The notes: a model not told the origin generated them from the letters alone. Positions 1 to 8,001 are shown, counted from the stretch's first letter. The stretch: DNA of 64,000 bases from an uncultured virus (IMG/VR IMGVR_UViG_3300028920_000066) (IMGVR_UViG_3300028920_000066), one strand, 5' to 3'. Numbers and translations are program-made.

Positions 1-360
1 TTTACGGGTATCTCTCGGTCTGTTTTTATGATACTCAAAGCTCTTCCTGTCCCAGTCTTTCCACTTAGATACGGTTATTAACGGAGATTTTGCTTTAATT
101 AACCTGTATAATATTCTTCTCGGAACTTCCAGTAAAGAATCGCTCCCTACGTTATACACTACCTTTATTTTCTTCTCAAGCTTACGATTAAGATGAACCT
201 GTATCAGTTTCTGAATTTTATCCCATATTACAGGATTATCAGGGGCTAACAAGTCTATCAAAGCTTTCTTGACCTCTTTATCTTGGTCAGCATAATATCT
301 GGTAAATATAGTCCTTATCTCACTCTTTTGCTGTTCCGTCAGCTTAATTTTATCGTCCAT
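1..360 (-). CDS. hypothetical protein, 3'-truncated by the window edge (MDDKIKLTEQQKSEIRT...)
   Basis: ATG at 358-360 overlaps the TGA of the upstream ORF; frame stays open to position 1. Confidence 0.7.
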   Translation of the reverse strand, partial: MDDKIKLTEQQKSEIRTIFTRYYADQDKEVKKALIDLLAPDNPVIWDKIQKLIQVHLNRKLEKKIKVVYNVGSDSLLEVPRRILYRLIKAKSPLITVSKWKDWDRKSFEYHKNRPRDTRK

Positions 361-728
361 CACCTATACCCCATTTCTTTCTCAAACTTTTCCTTTTCTA
401 TCTCCCCTATCTTCCTACTTGTATCTTGTGCCCATACGGTTTTAGCTACTGAATTGGCTGTCGCTATCTTGAGAGCTTTATCGATTCTCATCTGGTCTAT
501 CCAGTTGAACCCACATATCTTCTGGGTATTCCCCTCGTGCCAGTAAGATAAATGATAAAATCCTGTGCCATTTGCTTTCCAGATAGCAAAGTTTATATCC
601 CTGCATACAGCATAATAACTATTAAACGTCCAGAACCTGTCAGGGTTCTTTAACTCCTTTATCAGTTTATCAGCCGTAGTTTCTGACTTTTTTTTAACTT
701 TTAACCAACTTGGCAACCTGATTATCAT
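360..728 (-). CDS. hypothetical protein
   Basis: 122 aa ORF, stop/start overlaps with both neighbours. Confidence 0.7.
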   Translation of the reverse strand: MIIRLPSWLKVKKKSETTADKLIKELKNPDRFWTFNSYYAVCRDINFAIWKANGTGFYHLSYWHEGNTQKICGFNWIDQMRIDKALKIATANSVAKTVWAQDTSRKIGEIEKEKFEKEMGYR

Positions 729-928
729 TTTGTCAAATCCTTTATATATTTTAAAATATCGTCCCCGTCTATTACCTTAGTCTTCCCATATGTCTTTTCG
801 TTCTGTCTAACCCATTTTCTTACTGCCGTATATATCCGTTTGCCCTCAGCTTTTGCACCCTGATTATATATTTTGTTCTGTTCTGCCCACTCATTATCCT
901 GTTGTATAGCTCTTAATAGATTACCCAT
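725..928 (-). CDS. hypothetical protein
   Basis: 67 aa ORF with AGGAGG RBS. Confidence 0.7.
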   Translation of the reverse strand: MGNLLRAIQQDNEWAEQNKIYNQGAKAEGKRIYTAVRKWVRQNEKTYGKTKVIDGDDILKYIKDLTK

Positions 929-939
929 TTAATCCTCCT

Positions 940-1548
940 TTAGACACACCAAGAACTCAGCTCATCTATTAAATCATCTATCTCTATCTCCCCTTGCTCA
1001 TAATCAGATATCAAATCTTTTAAATCTGACTTGTATACCATTTCCTCGCTTATTTGGTCATCGTGCTGTGAAGCTACTGTTTGCCAGGGCGTGAACTGTT
1101 TACTTATCTTCCCACCCGATACGTGGTCATAGATACAAGCACAATTATGTAATACTACCGAATAATCAAATAATTCCCTCGCTACTGCGTCTTTGTCCAG
1201 CTCCCCGTTCACTTCCACTATCTCAGCCCAGAACTCTTCATACTTTTTCATATAATTCGGTAGCCTGTCAGTTTCTTTAATATGTCCCTTAAGCTCTTCT
1301 TCATCAAAATACTTCTCATCATTACACTCATCCACCATATTATACTGCGTCTTCCCGTCCCAAGCGTCACAAGATTGAAACCAAAATACCTCATCAGGAT
1401 ACTTATCTATCTCATATTTCTGATTTCTTTTTAACTTTAAGTTGTTTGCTTTATCTTCTCCAAACTTTTTTTTAACTTCTGGGGCTATAAATGTATTCGG
1501 AAGCTTCTGACTCTGACTTTTTTTTAACTTTTTGTTATCCTTAGACAT
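940..1548 (-). CDS. hypothetical protein
   Basis: 202 aa ORF with AAGGAG RBS. Confidence 0.75.
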   Translation of the reverse strand: MSKDNKKLKKSQSQKLPNTFIAPEVKKKFGEDKANNLKLKRNQKYEIDKYPDEVFWFQSCDAWDGKTQYNMVDECNDEKYFDEEELKGHIKETDRLPNYMKKYEEFWAEIVEVNGELDKDAVARELFDYSVVLHNCACIYDHVSGGKISKQFTPWQTVASQHDDQISEEMVYKSDLKDLISDYEQGEIEIDDLIDELSSWCV

Positions 1549-1573
1549 TTTTTTAACTCTCCTTGACTTTTTT

Positions 1574-1930
1574 TTAACTTTTTTCCTTTTCTTTACTTAA
1601 ATTAAGTATAAAGTCTTTAACTTTATGAGCTAATTGATAATTTCTGGACTCCCACTCTCCGTTTACATCGTTAAAGAACTTAGAGTTCTTAATATCCTGT
1701 TCCGTCTGAAGATACACGGTGATACTCCCGTTTCCATAATCATCGTGACCTCCACCGTCTTCTGCTAACAAACCATATCCTTTAGCTCTCAGGGTTATCT
1801 TCCCGTCAAAGTTATTAGTTACCTCAAAGTCAACATCGTGAGGAACTCCGATATGCCACCCAAAGTCCTGCCCGTAGACTATCCTGTTACCCTCTTTAAA
1901 CCTCAAGGTCTTCTTAGCTTCTGTTTTCAT
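1574..1930 (-). CDS. hypothetical protein
   Basis: 118 aa ORF in the co-directional gene run. Confidence 0.7.
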   Translation of the reverse strand: MKTEAKKTLRFKEGNRIVYGQDFGWHIGVPHDVDFEVTNNFDGKITLRAKGYGLLAEDGGGHDDYGNGSITVYLQTEQDIKNSKFFNDVNGEWESRNYQLAHKVKDFILNLSKEKEKS

Positions 1931-2136
1931 CGGTGAACCCCTTTAGCTATGTTCTGCTTCCTCTGAGCTCTCCTACGCTTACGCTCAGCCTTAAATTTGG
2001 TCTTTCTACGCTTATGACGGTTCTTATTCGACTTTACCATACCGTCAAAGCCTACATCAGGTCTATGTTCCTTTTTAGGCGTTATCTTTCCTTTTTTGGG
2101 GCTTTGGTCTACCATAATATCCTCCTGTTTGTTCAT
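1927..2136 (-). CDS. small basic hypothetical protein
   Basis: Lys/Arg-rich ORF; true start may be the internal MVDQ after a CAGGAGG RBS. Confidence 0.55.
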   Translation of the reverse strand: MNKQEDIMVDQSPKKGKITPKKEHRPDVGFDGMVKSNKNRHKRRKTKFKAERKRRRAQRKQNIAKGVHR

Positions 2137-2195
2137 AATAGTTTCTTAACCATATCTGGCTAAAATCTGTAAATACACTACGCTCAAACCAGATA

Positions 2196-2483
2196 TCAAA
2201 TGCTTTCGACATTGATAAGTCCTCTCTTTCGTGCTTCGTCTTCCAAATCTCCGTATATCGGATAATATTCATTTATACCCTCTTCTATCGCTCTGTCTTG
2301 GTCTTGCTCAAAGAAATATGATGCCATTTCTCCCTGAAAGATATTAGGGGCACAGCAAAACGCTTGATACTGACGCTCAAGCATCTTCATAATATTAAGC
2401 AGGTGAGAATCATCCAGTCTGTTTATCGGAATCTTTTCCCCGTCTTTTGTCACCCAATTTCTCGGTCTTCCCATCCTTGCCAC
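2196..2483 (-). CDS. hypothetical phage protein
   Basis: 95 aa ORF (WVTKDGEKIPINRLDDSHLLNI). Confidence 0.65.
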   Translation of the reverse strand: MARMGRPRNWVTKDGEKIPINRLDDSHLLNIMKMLERQYQAFCCAPNIFQGEMASYFFEQDQDRAIEEGINEYYPIYGDLEDEARKRGLINVESI

Positions 2484-2727
2484 TTCCTTTAAACTTTATC
2501 TTCTTAAATTTCACAAATGGTGGAACAAGCACGATTCCATTACCACCACCCGACATAGCATTTTTAATCATCGTGTTTATATCAATTAACATTTCTTTAG
2601 TTGGCAATATATTACGCTTTAAATCCCCAACTGTAACTATCAACAATTCTGTATCCTTTAAAGGTTTTAGTTTAATCTTCTTCAGAAGTTTCTTCTTGGT
2701 TTTAGTATTATCTGTATTTTTTCTCAT
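2410..2727 (-). CDS. hypothetical protein
   Basis: 105 aa ORF, ATGA overlap with upstream gene. Confidence 0.6.
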   Translation of the reverse strand: MRKNTDNTKTKKKLLKKIKLKPLKDTELLIVTVGDLKRNILPTKEMLIDINTMIKNAMSGGGNGIVLVPPFVKFKKIKFKGSGKDGKTEKLGDKRRGKDSDKQTG

Positions 2728-3395
2728 CCTATCACCATCTTTATCTCAAATTCTTCTCTCTTACCCAATTGAGTAGGAGGAACAGTCACAGGCAGGTCAT
2801 ATTTAGCTTTTCCCGCCCTCAAGTTACCAGCCTCATCCTCAAACAATATTCTCGGTGCTCTGCCTACCTTAGCACTACTTTCGGTGCAAAACAGCTTATT
2901 AGGGTCGTGAGGGTTCGGTAAAGTCCATATAAGAGGTGCTAACAGGCTTCCTATACCCCATATCTTAGTTAATCCACCCTTAAGCCCCAAGAACGCTACT
3001 CCATCCCAGTCATATTTAGTTTTCATCTTTCTGCCAAGCTTCATTTGACGCTTCATCTCTATTTCCATATATTCTTTGTCTACGTTATTAACGTTGCGAA
3101 GCCCCATAATAAACAGTTGATACTTCTTATAATCTACCAAATATTTATCCAAAGCTTCAGGTCCAACAATGCTTCCACCTGCACAGCATACAAGGTTATC
3201 CATTTGTTTACCTTTGTATTCTATTGTAGGAAGTTTTACCTCTACGTGGCAGAAGTATCCCGTTCCTATCTGGGTGAGAACGCTCGGCACGTCCCCGAAT
3301 CCTGCTTTGTCTTGTTTTACGTGAACAAAAATAAAATCATAAGGTTGGATTTGTTTAAGTTTATCGGCAAATTCTTCTTTCGTAATACCTGCCAT
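2724..3395 (-). CDS. permuted papain-like (YiiX-type NlpC/P60) amidase/peptidase
   Basis: His motif YFCHVEV precedes KYDW and the Cys motif KLFCTE, the permuted catalytic order. Confidence 0.6.
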   Translation of the reverse strand: MAGITKEEFADKLKQIQPYDFIFVHVKQDKAGFGDVPSVLTQIGTGYFCHVEVKLPTIEYKGKQMDNLVCCAGGSIVGPEALDKYLVDYKKYQLFIMGLRNVNNVDKEYMEIEMKRQMKLGRKMKTKYDWDGVAFLGLKGGLTKIWGIGSLLAPLIWTLPNPHDPNKLFCTESSAKVGRAPRILFEDEAGNLRAGKAKYDLPVTVPPTQLGKREEFEIKMVIG

Positions 3396-3408
3396 AATTT
3401 AAGTCACC

Positions 3409-3786
3409 TCAATTCAAATTTCTTAGATTTTTTTCAAAATTCTTTTTTAACTCCTCAGCCATTTCTAAAATCTGGTCTTCAGAATAATCTGAGTTATTCC
3501 TCATTATCTCCAGAACATCGTCTAAAAGTTCTGGCAACATAGCTTTAAATTTTTTCTGTATCTTAACTTTTTCTGACAAACATTTGATATTACTATGAAC
3601 CTCTTTCTTTAATGCTTTCACATCACGCTTGTCTTCTATTACAACAGCTAAAGCCTGAAAGATAGTTAAGAACCTTTCTTCATCAGTCTTTCCGTCATCT
3701 GCCTTTATTAACTCCATTAGTGCTTCCTGTGTCTTTTCCTGAAACTTTCCCAGCTTTTCGATATATTTATCTTCTAATTCACTCAT
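3409..3786 (-). CDS. hypothetical protein
   Basis: 125 aa helical ORF. Confidence 0.7.
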   Translation of the reverse strand: MSELEDKYIEKLGKFQEKTQEALMELIKADDGKTDEERFLTIFQALAVVIEDKRDVKALKKEVHSNIKCLSEKVKIQKKFKAMLPELLDDVLEIMRNNSDYSEDQILEMAEELKKNFEKNLRNLN

Positions 3787-3977
3787 CGTCTACTCCTTTT
3801 TTTTGCTGTTCTCTTCTTTCCTATTGTTGAACTACCTGAACGACTTACACTCATTGAAAAATCATTAGGGGATTTAAACATATCCTTTTTACAGCTCTTA
3901 CAATATTTACTGGCTTTTGACTTAGCTTCATATGTTTTTCCACAAATATCGCACTCCAGCTCTACTATTTTGCCCAT
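3783..3977 (-). CDS. small zinc-ribbon protein
   Basis: CDIC...CKSC. Confidence 0.65.
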   Translation of the reverse strand: MGKIVELECDICGKTYEAKSKASKYCKSCKKDMFKSPNDFSMSVSRSGSSTIGKKRTAKKRSRR

Positions 3978-4471
3978 AACTTTTCCATTTCTGCCTTATA
4001 TTTTTTAATAATATCTGAATTTGTTATCCTTATAAGGTTTTCATAATTGTTTTCCTCAGCACCTTTAGTAAAATTATAGCTACCAGTATAAAGCACAACA
4101 TTATCTATAATAAGAACCTTATTGTGCATAATCCCACCGTGAGCCCCACGCATTATCTTTACTTTATAACCTTTAGCTAACAACTCATCTATCTGACTAT
4201 ACCTACCTGCACTCTGAATCTTATCTGCAATTATCCTGATAGTTACTCCCCTACTCTTCGCACGATATATAGCTTCTACTATATCCTTTGAAGTCAGGGA
4301 ATAAATCATACAATCAAGAGATACACCAGCCCCGTCTATATCTTTAATTAAATCTACACTACAATGATTGGGTGAGAAACACGCAGAGATATCTGGTGTC
4401 TGTGGACAAGTAACACACCCTGTAAACATTACCACAAAAGCCAAAATTACAACTATTCCTAATCTCCTCAT
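3965..4471 (-). CDS. phospholipase D-family (Nuc-like) nuclease with lipoprotein signal peptide
   Basis: single HKD motif MHNKVLIID...GSYNFT; N-terminus MRRLGIVVILAFVVMFTG-C is lipobox-like. Confidence 0.85.
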   Translation of the reverse strand: MRRLGIVVILAFVVMFTGCVTCPQTPDISACFSPNHCSVDLIKDIDGAGVSLDCMIYSLTSKDIVEAIYRAKSRGVTIRIIADKIQSAGRYSQIDELLAKGYKVKIMRGAHGGIMHNKVLIIDNVVLYTGSYNFTKGAEENNYENLIRITNSDIIKKYKAEMEKLWAK

Positions 4472-4482
4472 TTATTTCCTCC

Positions 4483-4695
4483 TTAGCTATCTACTTTAGT
4501 AGTTTTATATATCTGAACTTCTGTTTGTTCTACCATAAACTTCTGACCACACCCCTCACACTTGGCTATTCCCATAGTGACAGCACCCTTTGTTATAGGT
4601 GACGCTTCTAATTTTACCGACCTAATATCTTTATAATCTTTACCACAATGAGGGCATTTAACTCCCTCCGTTCTGTATCCTTGAGGTAGCCCCAT
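4483..4695 (-). CDS. small zinc-finger protein (MGLPQGYR...)
   Basis: CPHC...CEGC; ATG at 4693-4695 just after the recA stop with a GGAGG RBS. Confidence 0.65.
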   Translation of the reverse strand: MGLPQGYRTEGVKCPHCGKDYKDIRSVKLEASPITKGAVTMGIAKCEGCGQKFMVEQTEVQIYKTTKVDS

Positions 4696-4696
4696 C

Positions 4697-5788
4697 TTAT
4701 TCTTCCTCCTCTTCAACTTCTTCAGCTTCTTCCTTTTTAGGAATAACTCCACCGTTCTTAAGATAAAGTTCTCTTGTTTCTTTATCAATCTTCTTAGCAA
4801 AAGCCTTATCTTCTTTAAGTTTTTCAAGAACAGCTTTCTTCTGCCCTATCTTTTCTCCGTTATAAGAATACCACGTTCCACTCTTTTCAAATATCCCAAC
4901 GTGTGTTGCACCCAGCATAATAGACTTTTCTTTATCAATACCATATCCAAACAGAATATCAAAGAAAGCCTCTTTAAACGGAGCTGACACTTTATTCTTT
5001 ACCACTTTTGCTTTAACTGTATTCCCAACAAGAGCCCCGTCTTTTTCAATTTTATCCTTTCTCCTAATATCTATCCTTACAGAAGAATAGAATTTAAGAG
5101 CACGTCCACCTGGCGTAGTTTCAGGGTTACCAAACATTACCCCTATTTTTTCACGAATCTGATTGATAAACAGAACTACACATCTTGATTTACTGATAAT
5201 AGCTGTAAGCTTTCTCATAGCCTGTGACATAAGTCTTGCCTGAAGACCCATATGAGAATCACCCATATCACCCTCAATCTCTGCTTTAGGCACAAGAGCC
5301 GCCACCGAGTCAACAACAATAATATCCACAGCATTAGACCTTACAAGCGTTTCAGTTATTTCAAGCCCCTGTTCTCCTGTATCGGGCTGTGATATCATAA
5401 GCTCATCAATATTAACTCCTATCTTTGTAGCATACTCAGGGTCAAGAGCATTTTCCGCATCAACATAAGCACACGTGCCCCCAGCCTTTTGGCACTCTGC
5501 AACAATACTCAAAGCAAGAGTTGACTTACCTGATGACTCAGGTCCGAACAATTCGATTACCCTACCACGAGGAACACCACCACACCCAAGAGCCATATCA
5601 AGAGTAAGCGACCCTGTAGGTATTGCTTCTATTCCCACATTAGGTGTATCCCCTAACTTCATAATACTACCCTTACCAAAATCTTTCTCAATCTGTTTAA
5701 TTGCTTCTTCTAACGCTTTCTTTTTATTCGCTTTCTTATCCTTTCCATCTTCTTCTGGTGCACCTGCTGTTGCTTTTTTCTTAGCCAT
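4697..5788 (-). CDS. recA: RecA recombinase
   Basis: GPESSGKS Walker A, VVDSVAAL Walker [20 protein letters not shown]; start moved to MAKKK after AAGGAGG. Confidence 0.97.
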   Translation of the reverse strand: MAKKKATAGAPEEDGKDKKANKKKALEEAIKQIEKDFGKGSIMKLGDTPNVGIEAIPTGSLTLDMALGCGGVPRGRVIELFGPESSGKSTLALSIVAECQKAGGTCAYVDAENALDPEYATKIGVNIDELMISQPDTGEQGLEITETLVRSNAVDIIVVDSVAALVPKAEIEGDMGDSHMGLQARLMSQAMRKLTAIISKSRCVVLFINQIREKIGVMFGNPETTPGGRALKFYSSVRIDIRRKDKIEKDGALVGNTVKAKVVKNKVSAPFKEAFFDILFGYGIDKEKSIMLGATHVGIFEKSGTWYSYNGEKIGQKKAVLEKLKEDKAFAKKIDKETRELYLKNGGVIPKKEEAEEVEEEEE

Positions 5789-5890
5789 CTTTCTGCCTCC
5801 TTTTGTAATTGGCAATAGCGACATCTATCGCTATCTGATTTTGCATAGCTTGATTACGTTTCTTTTTCTTACGAGTTCTTTTACGCTTAA

Positions 5891-6028
5891 TTACAGACAT
5901 ACGAATACCAGCACTATAAATATTAGTATAGTTGGAATTAACCAATTAAAGATAATTCTTTCAATAGGTGTTAATACTTTGCCGTAGATGATGAACTCAT
6001 CTACCTCTCGGTCTGAAAGGTGCTTCAT
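5891..6028 (-). CDS. small membrane protein (not in ORF track)
   Basis: 45 aa MKHLSDREV... ending in a hydrophobic segment WLIPTILIFIVLVFVCL. Confidence 0.45.
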   Translation of the reverse strand: MKHLSDREVDEFIIYGKVLTPIERIIFNWLIPTILIFIVLVFVCL

Positions 6029-6054
6029 ATACAGTTCTAATCCTTTCAATTCAT

Positions 6055-6516
6055 TTAGTTTTTATTTGTTATACCCCTGTATGTATAACTCGTTTCAAAT
6101 CTACTCATATCATAATCTATCTTCTTGCCTGACGTTTGTTCATCAAACGCCTCCCAGAAACTGCCTCGTCTACCACCCTCAGTATATTCGTGGTCAAAAC
6201 GTTTATGTATCGCCAAACGAACTATTTTTGAATCAATTATAAGATTAGATAAAATCTTATGTGTTTTTAATGTCTTCTCTGAACTGGGTTTTTTGATTCC
6301 CCAATATTTTGCCTTGTATTCATCCTTATTCATTTGACAAAACTCCTTTTGTATCCTCATTATAATTATATCAAGGTTCAGGAAATTTGTCAAGAGTTTT
6401 TTTAAGTGGGTGGGCACAGGGGGTAAATCACAAGTAATAGACGAGTAAGGCTCATCCGTTCCATATACGGATACCCTATTCAATTTTGGCTTGGTATTTA
6501 CAAGATAGATATTCAT
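6055..6516 (-). CDS. hypothetical protein
   Basis: 153 aa ORF. Confidence 0.65.
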   Translation of the reverse strand: MNIYLVNTKPKLNRVSVYGTDEPYSSITCDLPPVPTHLKKLLTNFLNLDIIIMRIQKEFCQMNKDEYKAKYWGIKKPSSEKTLKTHKILSNLIIDSKIVRLAIHKRFDHEYTEGGRRGSFWEAFDEQTSGKKIDYDMSRFETSYTYRGITNKN

Positions 6517-6527
6517 CGCCCACCCAC

Positions 6528-6725
6528 CTATTCTAAAAAAGCTGTCAGCTTTAAGCGTTCAACTTTTATTATTTCACCGAGCTGAGCTATTTCATAATTT
6601 TTTCTTTTATTAAATATTTTATTTTCAGCTTGTTTTTTGGTAGATGCTTTGACTAAAAAAAGATGGTCGTCACTAAACTCTTCGTGTAAGGTTTCGACCT
6701 CAATAAGAAAATAATTGGACTTCAT
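6528..6725 (-). CDS. hypothetical protein
   Basis: 65 aa ORF, ATGA overlap with groES. Confidence 0.65.
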   Translation of the reverse strand: MKSNYFLIEVETLHEEFSDDHLFLVKASTKKQAENKIFNKRKNYEIAQLGEIIKVERLKLTAFLE

Positions 6726-7027
6726 TTCGATTCTATGGCAATTATATCTGCCACTTCTATCATAAGATATTGCGTTTTTGCTTTATCATCATCCCGAACT
6801 TCTGACCCCGTATACTTAGCAACTAATACTATGTCACCTTTCTTAAAGTCTACAGGTTCAACTCTCGAACCCCAGTCAATGATTTCAGCTTTAGGTAATT
6901 CATTACTCATTTCTTTTACAGTTGACGGAACTATAATGTCCCCAACTTTATTCATTTCTTCTTTCTTTTCCTGATTCTGGTCTAAAGGTTTGACCATAAT
7001 CTTACTTCCAACAGGTTTAATTTTCAT
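6722..7027 (-). CDS. groES: co-chaperonin GroES (Cpn10)
   Basis: MKIKPVGSKIMVK..GDIIVP..KKGDIVLVAKYTGSEV..YLMIEVADIIA; GAGGAG RBS. Confidence 0.9.
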   Translation of the reverse strand: MKIKPVGSKIMVKPLDQNQEKKEEMNKVGDIIVPSTVKEMSNELPKAEIIDWGSRVEPVDFKKGDIVLVAKYTGSEVRDDDKAKTQYLMIEVADIIAIESK

Positions 7028-7052
7028 TCAATTCTCCTCTCATCTTTTTTTT

Positions 7053-7271
7053 AAATAAACAGCAAGAGAAATATGAAATAGGAATTTCCTTATTCACGAT
7101 TAAGGATTCGGCTGGGCTTCACCCTGCTTTGTGTCTATTTTAAGGTAAGACATAACCACGTCATTTCTGGTTCTCCTTTCGGAAAAACAAGTTTTGACAT
7201 TCGTCTGATAGTTGACGCTGAGTGTTAGTCAGCTTCGAAGTAACCCATTCCTCACTACTTACCATTTATTT
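7053..7271 (-). ncRNA. Y-RNA-like unit 6 (about 219 nt), multi-hairpin non-tRNA cargo
   Basis: terminal stem AAAUAAAUGGUAAG/CUUGCUGUUUAUUU (G-U pairs only on the minus strand), UAGUGA, GGAAUGGG/CCUAUUUC helix, UUACUUCG. Confidence 0.8.
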
Positions 7272-7275
7272 ATTT

Positions 7276-7459
7276 TTTAATGAGAGAAACACGTGATGGG
7301 GATTGCCCTCTAACGGTGGCGAACCGATAAGGTAACGCTCCTTATTCTTCCTCATTAAGGTCGGAATAACCCTGCTCCCATTTCCCTTTCAGCCTTTGGC
7401 TTACTCGGTGAGAGCTTCTCCAATTGTCGAAGTAGCCCATACACTCACTACTCATTAAA
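7276..7459 (-). ncRNA. Y-RNA-like unit 5 (about 184 nt), non-tRNA cargo
   Basis: terminal stem UUUAAUGAG/CUCAUUAAA, UAGUGA, GUG-U-AUGGG/CCCAUCAC helix, CUACUUCG. Confidence 0.8.
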
Positions 7460-7470
7460 TCTCTGTTTTT

Positions 7471-7607
7471 AAAAATTGGGAGAAAGCCGATAAGGGAACA
7501 CACCTTTCGGTGTTTGGTGGGAATTGAACCCACGACCTAAACTTTATAAGAGTTTTGCTCTACCAATTGAGCTACGAAGTAACCCTGTATCTCACTACCC
7601 AATTTTT
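7471..7607 (-). ncRNA. Y-RNA-like unit 4 (about 137 nt) carrying D, anticodon (UAU) and T arms in normal tRNA order
   Basis: scaffold plus UAGCUCAAUUGGUAGAGCA, AAACU-CUUAUAA-AGUUU, AGGUC, GUGGG-UUCAAUU-CCCAC; no acceptor stem. Confidence 0.85.
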
Positions 7608-7610
7608 TCT

Positions 7611-7622
7611 ATTAAAGAACAA
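7611..7622 (-). promoter_or_regulatory. second boxA-like antitermination element inside the RNA array
   Basis: TTGTTCTTTAAT between units 3 and 4; resembles rrn boxA TGCTCTTTAACA. Confidence 0.55.
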
Positions 7623-7631
7623 TTTATTTTT

Positions 7632-7769
7632 AATGTGGAGAAAACCGAGAAGAGAACGTTAGTGCCTTTTCCAATTAGGCTATTCCCCCTCTTGGTGGGG
7701 GAAGTAGGATTCGAACCTACAATCTCTGCATCCAATTTGCGAAGTAACTCTATCTCTCACTACCACATT
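7632..7769 (-). ncRNA. YrlA-like Y RNA (unit 3, about 138 nt) with a circularly permuted tRNA module
   Basis: scaffold, then T arm GUAGG-UUCGAAU-CCUAC, closed acceptor stem UUCCCCC-ACCAAGA-GGGGGAA, D arm GCCU-AAUUGGAAA-AGGC; adjacent to Ro60. Confidence 0.88.
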
Positions 7770-7780
7770 TATTTATTTTT

Positions 7781-7909
7781 AAAGTGGAGGAAACCGATAA
7801 GGGAATTGTTTGTATCCCCCGTAGGGGACATTTTTAGGGTTTGAACCTAATAAAAAACTTTTTGTAAGTTTTTATTAACCGAAGTATCCCTATATCTCAC
7901 TACCACTTT
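7781..7909 (-). ncRNA. Y-RNA-like unit 2 (about 129 nt), degenerate tRNA-like cargo
   Basis: scaffold, AU hairpin, T-arm-like UUAGG-UUCAAAC-CCUAA, and UGUCCCC-UACG-GGGGAUA hairpin. Confidence 0.8.
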
Positions 7910-7913
7910 TATC

Positions 7914-7993
7914 TTATGGGAGAAAACTTACGAGAGTTCTTTTTAAAATTTTTCACGAATTTTCGAAGTATCTCTTCGTATCACTACCCATAA
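7914..7993 (-). ncRNA. Y-RNA-like unit 1 (about 80 nt), minimal scaffold
   Basis: UUAUGGG/CCCAUAA stem, UAGUGA, UACGA-A-GAG/CUCUCGUA helix, AUACUUCG, short AU-rich insert. Confidence 0.8.
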
Positions 7994-8001
7994 TCTTTAT
8001 C

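Larger units (their letters stand above)
684..1579. repeat. cluster of 16-bp TGAC-T8-AACT motifs
   Basis: exact copies at 684-699, 1514-1529, 1564-1579; variants at 1421-1436, 1462-1477, 1543-1558; another exact copy inverted at 40237-40252. Confidence 0.7.

Noticed and set aside
5815..5834. LexA-type operator upstream of recA (ATAGCGA-N6-TCGCTAT)
   Set aside because: Single 7-bp inverted repeat, matches no SOS box I know, and I saw no second copy
7090..7235. c-di-GMP-I riboswitch in unit 6 (GAAA hairpin, GGDEF gene nearby)
   Set aside because: The expected GGCAAA / GACGCAAAGC core and tetraloop-receptor arrangement are not seen
7305..7425. Hammerhead ribozyme in unit 5
   Set aside because: No CUGANGA core correctly placed relative to GAAA
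7516..7574. Functional tRNA-Ile(TAT) gene
   Set aside because: D, anticodon and T arms are present but there is no 7-bp acceptor stem or terminal CCA; it is embedded in the Y-like scaffold
7342..7844. Tracked ORFs 7342-7533 (-) and 7524-7844 (+)
   Set aside because: They cross ncRNA units, lack an RBS and look like chance ORFs over tRNA-like sequence
7053..7993. CRISPR array or simple tandem repeat
   Set aside because: Conserved parts are bipartite, pair with each other around the insert and covary; inserts differ widely in length and are structured; no cas operon in the window
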